A stretch of 64,000 nucleotides of DNA from Malacoraja senta. Lineage: Eukaryota. A program made the translations under genes and the position numbers. The notes below the pieces were generated by a model. That model searched no databases, was not told the DNA's origin, and saw nothing but the letters and a program-made list of their open reading frames with translations. Below, piece after piece: positions 39,581 through 49,390 of the stretch. The stretch's first letter is position 1. Each line of letters starts with the position of its first letter. The DNA lies in the NCBI GenBank assembly GCA_038087875.1, contig CM075989.1, positions 9,858,001-9,922,000 on the forward strand. The letters run 5' to 3'.

Positions 39581-40494
39581 CAGATGTAGAAATCAGTTTG
39601 GCTTTCCCCTACTGCCAGGAATCTTTCCAGGAGAAACAGGTGCTTGGGTCTAATGTCAAGACAGAATTGGATTAGAACCAGAGAGTATGGACACAGACCC
39701 TTTGGCACAATTCATCCATGCCGACCAAGATGCCAATCTATGCTAGCTCCACTTGCCCTCATTGACCATATCCCCTACACACTTTCCTATCCATGTATCT
39801 GCCCAAGGATTCAGTTGTGAAACTACAATGCATTAACAATTATTCTGTGGACACATCAATGATTTTTCATTGTGCTTGTACCTCACCATACTTGTGCATA
39901 ACACATGCATTGAAGATCCTCAGACTACCTCTAATCAGACTTTTTCTTGCACTAAACATTATTCCCTTTATCCTGTATCTGTACATGGCTCAATTGTAAT
40001 CATGTATACTCTTTCCACTGACTGGATAGCACACAACAAAAAGCTTTTCACTGTACCCATGACAATAAACAAAACTAAACAAACTAAATTAAACTCAACT
40101 CGAATTAACCTGATCCACAGGAACCAGTCTTCAGCAGAGTTTATGTATTCTGAAGAGGGAAGGTAGACAAGGATTGGGGAAAGAAAAAGTTTCTACTTTT
40201 GTTGAATACTGTATGATCAAATTAATGCTAACAGCCTACCAGTAATATCAGGTACTTGTAGAAATCTGTGTTTCTGATTTCTAAAGCTCCTAATCATAAC
40301 ATTGATTAGACATGTTCTTGAAATGCTTCAATCCTTCGGGTAACCATACTCCCGCTAATGTTGTGGGGAAGTGAGTTCCAAGATTTAGACCTGGTTACAA
40401 TGAAAGAAGGATAATATATTTGTAGAGGGTGGTGTTTGCATGTACTTGAAGTCCTTATTCCTTCTTGGTGGCAGGAATTACGGCGTCAAATTCC

Positions 40495-40790
40495 CATCGT
40501 CAGTGCAACATCAAAGCAACATTGATGGGGTGCTATAAAATTAGAGATAATGCCTTTTGGATGAGACATTAAACTAGACTCTGCCTATTCAGGTAGGATA
40601 TCGCAGGGCATAAATGAACAATTGCCTAACCTGCAGCACCAAAACTGATTAGCTGGGTTCACTTTAATTTGTGCAGCTCGCTGTGTGCGAACTCGCTGAC
40701 CTATTTGTGTTACCGCTGCAACCAATCTTGGAATCAAATTGATTGAAAAATAAAAACAGGATTTCCAATGTTATAAAAGTACATCGTCGA
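40495..40790 (+). mobile_element. Degenerate Deu-domain SINE
   Basis: TTTTGGATGAGACATTAAAC..., CTGATTAGCTGG..., GCTCGCTGTGTGCGAA resemble the recalled SacSINE1 body. Confidence 0.45.
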
Positions 40791-40805
40791 AATAAGAAAA
40801 TATAC

Positions 40806-40926
40806 CTTGACAGAGGAACATTATTAAGAACTTTTCCCACGTCGGGAATATTTCCTGATTAACTGGTTGTGCATGCTCTGCCAAAACTCCAGGCAATTCC
40901 TTGGCCATCTTTATCTCAGCAGGTTC
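40806..40926 (-). CDS. IQCH: IQ motif-containing protein H, internal coding exon ([41 protein letters not shown])
   Basis: Minus strand reads ...ttatgcAG|GAACCT...CAAG|GTata; 121 bp, phase 0 to 1. Translation matches recalled human IQCH [41 protein letters not shown]. Too short to appear in the ORF track. Confidence 0.92.
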
Positions 40927-42369
40927 CTGCATAACAAATCAAACATAAACATTAGCAGAGATTACATTCTGTTTTAAAATGGAAACTGGAAAATCAACAG
41001 TCACATGGGTCACACAAGTAAAGATGGCAGCTGTTTGTTTACCCGTGCTAATATAACTTGTGTTTCTAAAAAACAAAAGGAACTGCAGATGTTGGTTTAT
41101 ATTTGAAAAAACACTAAATGCTGGAGTGACTCAGCAGGTCAGGCAGCTTTTCTGGAGGACAGGGTTCGGCGATGTCTCACGTCAGGACCCTTCTTCGGAT
41201 CTAGATCTCATCCAATCAATGTGAGCTGTCCCTATCCTCTGCACCAATATCTTTAGCTCTCAAGAGCTATGTGATCTCAAGTGGTCAACCTTCGTAGGTG
41301 GGCTAGTTAACCAAAAAGGCATGAGATCCAAGCTGTTATTGACCATATATAATGATTCCCTGTCTGTGCCTCAAGCAGAAATGCTGGACATTGTTGGGAC
41401 AGAAGTCATAGTCAATGTTCCAGCTGGAGCCAAAGGTTGCACAGCCATATCTAATCCTGTCTAGTCGTTAACTAAAGTACAGATCTGGTCAGTTCCATAC
41501 TGCATGGTAGATTTAGCCACGAGTCCTCAGAAAAATTACTGCTGGCTTTTAATTGTGTCTTGTGGTTTCAAGTTTTTTTCTAATTTATTATTACAGTCAT
41601 GGCATGCTGTTTTCTATTGATTGCACCTGCTGAGTGTGTGATGACAGCAAAGGAAGTCATTTAACATTCATTCATACAAAGAATTTAAGTTCATCATGTA
41701 GCTGATGCTCCATTTCAGTGGTGACAGTTCATGGACTGTTGAATATGACACCATTTGGAGTTGATATTAAATCATCTGACACTCTAGAACAATCTGAAGA
41801 ATTGGTTTATCCCAGGAACTTGGCGAAGATGGAGAGGGAGAGAGAGGGAGGGAGAGGGAGGGCGAGGGAGGGCGAGGGGAGGAGAGAGAGAGAGTGTGAG
41901 AGAGTGTTGCTGATCATTATAGATACAGTGAAAGGTTTGTTTTGTTTTCAGGAAAATCATGCCATACATGAGTACATCAAGTCATGCAAAGGAGATAAAT
42001 TGTTGGTAATTTTTATGCTGAGGAACATGAAGCTCTTGACCAACCTCACTTTGGCACCATTGATGCCGATTGGGGCATGTACATCACCCTCTATCTCCTT
42101 CCTACACTCCATCTCATCATTACTCCAGAACTGGCCCACTACGAATATAACAATTCTACAGATATTACAATAAAATACTACATCTATGGGAAGAGTTTGC
42201 AGTTTCCACAATGGCCTCATGAGATATCTCAGAACAAGAGTGGAAATCACCTTTAATCTTGACAGAATTCCTAAGAAAATATGAGTTTTTTCCTCTGCCA
42301 CCCTTTCAAGCAGTAAGGGCCAGACCACTGCAATTCACTGATTGAAATATTCTCCCCTATCTGCCTTTT

Positions 42370-42840
42370 ACAGCCCTTGGAAGTATTGTCGAGCAGAGGG
42401 ACCTAAGAGTCCAAGTACATAGTTCCCTGAAAATTGCATCAAAAAATAGATAGGATGGTACAGATTTTTTTTTTGACACACTGGCCTTCGGCTGTTCTAT
42501 GTTTAGAGGTTGGGATGTTATGTTACAGTTGCACAGGATGTTGGCGAGGTTGCATTTGGAGTATTGTGTTCCGTTTTCGTTACCCTGCTCGAGAAAGGAT
42601 GACATTAAACTGGAAAGACTGCAGAGGAGATATACGAGAATGATGCCAGGACTGGAGGGCCTGAGCAGTTGAGCAGGCTAGGACTATGTACCTTGGAGCA
42701 CAAGAGCTGAGGGGTGATCTTATAGTGGTGTATAAAACCATGAGGGGAATACAAAGGATGAATGCACAGAATCTTTATTCCCCAGGGTAGGAGAAGTAAG
42801 AACTAATGGACATAGGCACAAGGTGAGAGAGGAAACAGGG
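42370..42840 (+). mobile_element. CR1 LINE ORF2 3' fragment
   Basis: GAGCAGAGGGACCTAAGAGTCCAAGTACATAGTTCCCTGAAA, TTGGAGTATTGTGTTC, GAGGGGTGATCTTATAG. Confidence 0.8.
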
Positions 42841-42912
42841 GCTACCTTTGTGATCCCTCTCCTAAGAGTTCCTACTGATATACACTATCTAGGCCCTGCC
42901 TAACATTATATA

Positions 42913-44478
42913 CAGTGGCTTGCAAAAGTATTCATACCCCTTGAACTTTTCCACATTTTGTCACGTTACAACCACAAACGTAAATGTATTTTATTGGGAT
43001 TTTATGTGATAGACCAACACAAAGTGGCACATAATTGTGAAGTGGAAGGAAAATGATACATGGTTTTCAAATTTTTTTACAAATAAAAAACTGAAAAGTG
43101 TCGCGTGCAAAAGTATTCAGCCCTCTTTACTCGGATACCCCTAAATAAAATCCAGTGCAACCAATTGCCTTCAGAAGTCACCTAATTAGTAAATAGAGTC
43201 CACTTGTGTGTAATCTAATCTCAGTATAAATACAGCTGTTCTGTGAAGGCCTCAGAGGTTTGTTAGAGAACATTAGTGAACAAACAGCATCATGAAGCCC
43301 AAGGAACACACCAGACAGGTCAGGGATAAAGTTGTGGAGAAGTTTAAAGCAGGGTTAGGTTATAAAAAAATATCCCAAGCTTTGTACATCTCACAGAGCA
43401 CTGTTCAATCCATCATCCGAAAATGGAAAGAGTATGGCACAAGTGCAAACCTACCAAGACATGGCCGTCCACCTAAACTGACAGGCCGGGCAAGGAGAGC
43501 ATTGATCAGAGAAGCAGCCAAGAGGCCTATGGTAACTCTGGAGGAGCTGCAGAGATCCGCAGCTCAGGTGGGAGAATCTGTCCACAGGACAACTAATAGT
43601 CGTGCACTCCACAAATCGGGCCTTTATGGAAGAGTGGCAAGAAGAAAGCCATTGTTGAAAAAAAGACATAAGAAGTCCTGTTTGCAGTTTGCCACAAGCC
43701 ATGTGGGGGACACAGCAAACATGTGGAGGAAGGTGCTCTGGTCAGATGAGACCAAAATTGAAGTTTGGCGGAAACCTAACACTGCACATCACCCTGAACA
43801 CACCATCCCCACTGTGAAATATGGTGGTGGCAGCATCATGCTGTGGGGATGCTTTTCTTCAGCAGGGACAGGGAAGCTGGTCAGAGTTGATGGGAAGATG
43901 GATGGAGCCAAATACAGGGCAATCTTGGAAGAAAACCTGTTAGAGTCTGCAAAAGACTTGAGACTGGGGCGGAGGTTCACCTTCCAGCAGGACAACGACC
44001 CTAAACATACAGCCAGAGCTACAATGGAATGGTTTAGATCAAAGCATATTCATGTGTTAGAATGGCCCAGTCAAAGTCCAGACCTAAATCCAATTGAGAA
44101 TCTCTGGCAAGACTTGAAAATTGCTGTTCACAGACGCTCTCCATCCAATCTGACTGAGTTTGAGCTATTTTGTAAAGAAGAATGGGCAAAGCTGGTAGAG
44201 ACATACCCCAAAAGACTTGCAGCTGTAATTGCAGCGAAAGGTGGTTCTACAAAGTACTGACTCAGGGGGGCTGAATACCTTTGCACGCGACACTTTTCAG
44301 TTTTTTATTTGTTCAAAAATTTGAAAACCATGTATCATTTTCCTTCCACTTCACAATTATGCACCACTTTGTGTTGGTCTATCACATAAAATCCCAATAA
44401 AATACATTTACGTTTGTGGTTGTAACGTGACAAAATGTGGAAAAGTTCAAGAGGTATGAAAACTTTTGCAAGCCACTG
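42913..44478 (+). mobile_element. Tc1-family DNA transposon, Passport-like, IR/DR type
   Basis: TA TSDs (42911-42912, 44479-44480). 211-bp TIRs (42913-43123, 44268-44478) with about 7 mismatches. Two TGCAAAAGTATTCA direct repeats in the left TIR. Confidence 0.97.
43292..44260 (+). CDS. Tc1 DD34E transposase, 322 aa, stop-free but apparently with two in-frame deletions
   Basis: Paired-like HTH, GRPPKL, NLS-region ARRKPLL, WSDE, QQDND...(34)...PIE, WPSQSPDLNPIE, GGSTKY terminus. Confidence 0.95.
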   Translation: MKPKEHTRQVRDKVVEKFKAGLGYKKISQALYISQSTVQSIIRKWKEYGTSANLPRHGRPPKLTGRARRALIREAAKRPMVTLEELQRSAAQVGESVHRTTNSRALHKSGLYGRVARRKPLLKKRHKKSCLQFATSHVGDTANMWRKVLWSDETKIEVWRKPNTAHHPEHTIPTVKYGGGSIMLWGCFSSAGTGKLVRVDGKMDGAKYRAILEENLLESAKDLRLGRRFTFQQDNDPKHTARATMEWFRSKHIHVLEWPSQSPDLNPIENLWQDLKIAVHRRSPSNLTEFELFCKEEWAKLVETYPKRLAAVIAAKGGSTKY

Positions 44479-45029
44479 TATCACAATTAAATCTCCCCTC
44501 AGCCGCCTCCACTCCAAAGAAAACAACCCAAGCTTATCTAATCTTTTGTCATGGCTACAATTTCCATGTCCTAACAATACCTTCATAAAGCTCAACACCA
44601 TCCTCTTCAGTGGAATCACATCTTTGTTGTTCTGGACACCTTTTTACTATGTTTTTTACAGCATTGTAATATTTCTCTATGAATGTCCATACAGGCATAG
44701 AATCACACAGGACCGAAACAGGCCATTCAGACTAGCATGTCCATGATGGCCATTGCACTTATTTAGACTGATCTCATTTACCCCTTTCTGGTCCATTGCC
44801 TCTGGAGTCATAAAGGCCCCGTGACCTTTTCTACATCAAAGGTATTAAATAAACTTAAATTGTTAGAGTGCCTGCATTCAATATTATAAATAAATACTGG
44901 TTATTCTTCTGCACAGCAGTGATGATCAAGTAATATATCAGTTCAAATTAATACTGCAATGCTGTCATAACTCGATGGGCAAAGGTGGGTATTGAAATAA
45001 GTCCTCAAAATCTACCATTAATGCCCAGT

Positions 45030-45313
45030 TTCAGTTTAGTTTAAATTCGGTTTAGAGATACAGAATGGAAATATGCCCTTCGGTCACTGAGTCTGCACTG
45101 CCCAGCGATCCCTGTATCCTACAGACTAGGGACAAATTACAATTTGCAGAAACCAAATGAACCTACAAACCTGGAGTCTTTGGTGTGGGAGAAAACCAGA
45201 ATACCCGGGGAAAACCCACGTGGTCACGGGGAGAACGTACAAATTCCATACAGACAGCACCAGTGGTCAGGATCGAACCCGGGTCTCTGGAGTCAAGGGA
45301 GCCACTCTACCGC
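45030..45313 (-). mobile_element. HE1-like V-SINE
   Basis: GGATCGAACCCGGGTCTC (reverse complement of B-box), CCCGGGGAAAACCCACGTGGTCACGGGGAGAACGTACAAA, and TTTAG tail. Confidence 0.8.
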
Positions 45314-45499
45314 TGTTTGGACCAGACCTCACCACAGCCTCGGTCCAAACATGAACTGAATTCAAGACGGAGATGAGAGTGATTGCCTTGAATATTTAGT
45401 ATTGACCAAGTGTGGCATTAAGGTCTGGTAAAACTGAAGTTAACAATCTACAAGGTAAAAACACTCCGGTGTTGGAATCATACAAAGAAAGACGGTTTA

Positions 45500-45733
45500 G
45501 GTCAGCTTAGTTTAGTTTAGAGATACGGCGCTTCAGCCCACTGAGTCTGCACTGACCAGCAATCACCTGTACACTAGTCCTATCCCACACACTAGTGACA
45601 ACTTAGAGAAGCCAATTAACGTACAAACCTGCATGTCTTTGGAATGTGGAGGAAACCGGAGCAAACCCACGTGATCACAGGGAGAACATACCAACTCCAT
45701 ACTGACAGCACCCATACTCAGGATCAAACCCAG
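45500..45733 (-). mobile_element. HE1-like V-SINE
   Basis: Same motifs as the neighbouring copy; (TTTAG)n tail at about 45507-45520. Confidence 0.78.
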
Positions 45734-46792
45734 CTGCTTCATTAATCATTGTCTTTCTATCATAAGGTCAGAAATTATAATGTTTGTTGATAGTTACAAA
45801 GTTCAATTCCATTCATAATTCCTCACCAAATGGACCAAACCATACCTGAATGCAGAAAGACCTGGACAACAAAGGTTGGTAGGACTTGAGTAACAACAAG
45901 ATATGACAATAGACATCGGCAACGAGAGAAAATTGAACCACCTGCCTTTGATATTCAATGGTATTACCATTTCTGAGAAACATCCCACCTCAACATTCTG
46001 GGTATCGCCATTGACCATAAAATTAACTGGATTAGCCATGTAAATATCAGGTTAATGAGAGCGTTTCTGAGGCTGGTTATACTCTGGTGACTAACTCACT
46101 TCTGAACTCCTTTCCACAATCAACAAGATACAAGTCAAGAGCATGAGGACTCTCCACATGAGGACTCGAGAAGCTCACGCCATCCAGGACCCAGCAGATG
46201 ATTTGATTGCCACCCCATCTACCATCATAAACATGTATTACCACCAAGCCTAAAATCTCTCGCTCTCTATGCAGCAGCACTGAAAGACCACCTTCACCAC
46301 AAACGGTTCAAGAGCTCGCCACCATTTTTTTCAAGTTCATTCTTTCTTTACGTCTGCCTCAATAAATTGGAAATTAAAACAGATGCAAATAATTCTAGGC
46401 ACTTTAAAGATTACTAATCGTCTTATTATATTTTAAGTTTATTCTGGAATAGTTAGGCAGCAAGCCTGAGAACTCTGCAGACTTATCGTCAGGCTTTTTG
46501 GAGCTCAGCTATGAAGCCACCTGGACTCCCATTGAACCAAATTGTTGTGGTTCATCACTCGTTCTCAAGTAGGACCACGACTTAGACCGAGGGGCTTGAA
46601 AGTTCCTTCCATAGGTGTGTCAGAAAGCTGTAGCATTCAGTGGATCTGCATTTCTCTTTTCCTGTTAAGATTCCTCCAATCAAGCTTCCTCATGTGAGCG
46701 AGCACCACCTTTTGCTCTGCCAAATAGTTTGATACAATGCTTATTATTCCAAGTTGTGTGTGTCACTCTTGAAGCTCTTCGTGGAGGTTCTT

Positions 46793-46846
46793 GGGGTGGG
46801 AGATTGCAACCTTCACGTGGTCTGCCCTGTTTCAATGAATGCAATC
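46793..46846 (+). ncRNA. Minimal HDV-like self-cleaving ribozyme fold (this copy has catalytic C->U, predicted inactive)
   Basis: P1 GGGGUGG/CUGCCCU with G1.U wobble; P2 GAUUGCA/UGCAAUC; P3 ACC/GGU; L3 UUCACGU; J4/2 UGAA. Confidence 0.8.
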
Positions 46847-46933
46847 AACCTGGTGTGCACAATGAAATAAGATCAAATAGAACAAGTTGTCCTACAACTT
46901 TGGGCTGTGCACGCCATACGCAAGGAGAAGAAG
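46793..46933 (+). mobile_element. 141-bp non-autonomous retroposon with 5' HDV-like ribozyme and Vingi/Ingi-like CATACG..GAAGAAG tail
   Basis: 10-bp TSD GGAGGTTCTT (46783-46792, 46934-46943). No pol III A/B boxes seen. Confidence 0.88.
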
Positions 46934-47169
46934 GGAGGTTCTTAGAGAGTCTTTGAATCTCTTTTTCTGTCCAACACATGAACAATTGTCCTCAGTCAGC
47001 TCACCATTAAGTAGCTGCTTTGGTATCCTGTCATAAGATATTCTTCTGATATGTCTCGCCCACCTGATCTGTGATTCTTCCTACAATGTGTAGATGCTGA
47101 GGTTTGTCTGATACAGAATCACGTATCTGAAATCTTGTCTTGCCACTTGATCACAGCATGGATTGGGAA

Positions 47170-47635
47170 CAGTTCCATCCAAGAATGCAAGAAATTGTGG
47201 ACGTAAACCAACCTCTCTTCCATTGACTCCATCTACACTTCATACTGCTTCGGCAAGGCCACCAGCATAATCAAGGATGAGTCGCATCCCAGCCACTCAC
47301 TCATCTCCCCATTCCCATCAGGCAAAAGGTACAGAAGTGTGAAAACGCAAACCTCCGGATTCACGGACAGTTTCTTCCCAGCTGTTATCAGGCAACTGAA
47401 CCATCATATCACCAACTGGAGAGCGGTACTGAACTACCATCTACCTCATTGGAGACCATCGGACTATCTTTAATCGGACTTTACCTTGCAATAAAAGTCA
47501 TTCCCTGTATCCTGTAACTGTACACGGCTTGATAGTAATCATGTATAGTCTTTTCACTGACTGGCTAGCAGGCAACAAAAAGCTTTTCACTGTACCTCGG
47601 TACACGTGACAATAATAAACTAAATTAAACAAAAC
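47170..47635 (+). mobile_element. Rex1/Babar-type LINE 3' fragment
   Basis: SIDSIYTSYCFGKATSIIKDESHPSHSLISPFPSGKRYRSVKTQTSGFTDSFFPAVIRQLN plus 3' UTR ending GTGACAATAATAAACTAAA. Confidence 0.85.
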
Positions 47636-49310
47636 AAAACGGTCATGTGAAAATGGTTAAGGTTTTTGGCATGTCTGCTGTACACTGCCCTAGCAAAGAG
47701 CAAAGAGTGAGGTGGGTATGACAATAGCACAATACACCTTCAGTTTGATCTTTAGGCTGAGTCCTCATTGTTCCCCCAAAATACAGACTAATACAAAGAC
47801 CACACTTGTAACTGGACAGGAAGGTCCAAGCTGCAGTTGTCCATCACTCGTGCTGCTTAATAATGGTGTATAAGATGCCGCAACAATTGTAGAGTTTTGT
47901 TTCCCTCTTGCACAATCTTGTCACCCAATTGTTTATGTTGGAAGTTGAAGTAATTTAGTATGCACATTTTAAGCATTTGTGCGAGAACAGTGGTGATCAT
48001 AAATTTCTACCCTGTAGTTTTAAATTACCATTTTAAGTTACCAGCAACTGGAATTATAGCATGCTGCACCAATATTGCTTGGGTTTAATACAATTTAAAT
48101 GAGATCTTTAATGCTTTATTTCTTTTAAATTCTCTGAATTAAAAAAGCAGCACACTGCATAAATGACATACATTTACCTATTTGGATCTCTGCCCAGACT
48201 GAAATCCTTTACTCTCCGTTTTATTCTCTAATTTCCTGAAGTGCTGACTGTCTTTTATGTTCCACAGAGCCAACTGACAGAAGTGTGCTGGTCGGAGTGA
48301 ATTCACATTATCTGGTCTGTTAGAACAGGACCCCAGATTATTTGCATGTGGTGTAATCTCAACACCATAATGCCTTCTGTAGAAAATCAGCTATCATCTG
48401 TCTTGGTATAGAAGTGGGCCATTCAGCCCTTTGAAACTGTTCCACCATTCAATTGAAACATGATTGATCTGTACCTTAACATCATCTATCTATCATGGTT
48501 ATCTAACCCTTAATACCTTTTCTATCAAAAAGCTATCAATCTCAGTTTTGAAATTTTAAGTTGACTCTCAGGCACAAGGAGCACATTTCGAATATCTATC
48601 ATTCTATAATTGAAGATGTACTTCCCGTCATCTGCATAACCAGCCAAGCTGAAAATATAATGTTATATTGCCAGGTTCTGAAATGCCCCATCACAGGAAA
48701 TACTTCATTTATCGATTATCCTACAGAAAATTAACTGGATCAGCCACATAATTACTAGGACTACAAAAGCAGGTCGCATAATAAATCCTGCAATGTTATA
48801 ACCTATTGCTCACTGCGTTTCACCATTAGTAAGACATGTCAGGTATATGATGAAATATCTGCTTCTTGCCAGAACAAATGCAGGGTCAACAACACTCATG
48901 AAGCTCAACACCATCCAGGACAAAGCAGCTTGCTGGATTAACATCCCATTCACCATCTTAAACATTCACTCACTTCACTAGTGATGCATTGCAGTTACCC
49001 TTCCACATCTAGAATTTCCATCACCAAGCAGGAGATTGTCACCACCTCCAGCTTTCCTTCTAAGTCACCTAAAATCCTAAACAGGAAATTCATCATAGTC
49101 CTTCATACTCATCAGGTCTAAATCCCGGTATTCCCTACGGAACAGCATTGACAAAATACCAAACCTAAGAACTGCAACTGTTCCAGGTAGTGGTTCTTCA
49201 TCGCCTCCTCAAAGATGGTTTAGGGACAGGCAAGAAATGTTGGCTGTGCCAAGGTTAATGAACAATAGTTAATTCCTACCAACGTAAACATCTCAATAAA
49301 ATTACTCATT

Positions 49311-49390
49311 TGTCTGAAGAAGGGTTCTGACCAGAAACGTCACCTATCCATGTTGACCCGCTGAGCTACTCCAGCACTGGGTGTCTTCTA
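49311..49390 (+). mobile_element. Solo Penelope terminus with hammerhead-like motif (49314-49341)
   Basis: CTGAAGAAGGGTTCTGACCAGAAACGTCACC...GCTGAGCTACTCCAGCAC. Confidence 0.7.

Larger units (their letters stand above)
46700..47160 (-). mobile_element. Old RTE (BovB-like) LINE ORF 3' fragment, host of the ribozyme element
   Basis: Minus strand IKWQDKISDT...IRWARHIRRISYDRIPKQLLNGEL...GQKKRFKDSLRT, typical of the RTE C-terminus. Confidence 0.7.

Noticed and set aside
41718-42173. 151-aa ORF
   Set aside because: Made of a GA-rich simple repeat plus the antisense of a Rex1-type fragment.
48178-48380. Minus-strand AG...GT-bounded open frame considered as the next upstream IQCH exon
   Set aside because: Translation does not resemble the expected segment (...QRWLFK...GTAFCD...WAQ) and reaches a stop before the donor.
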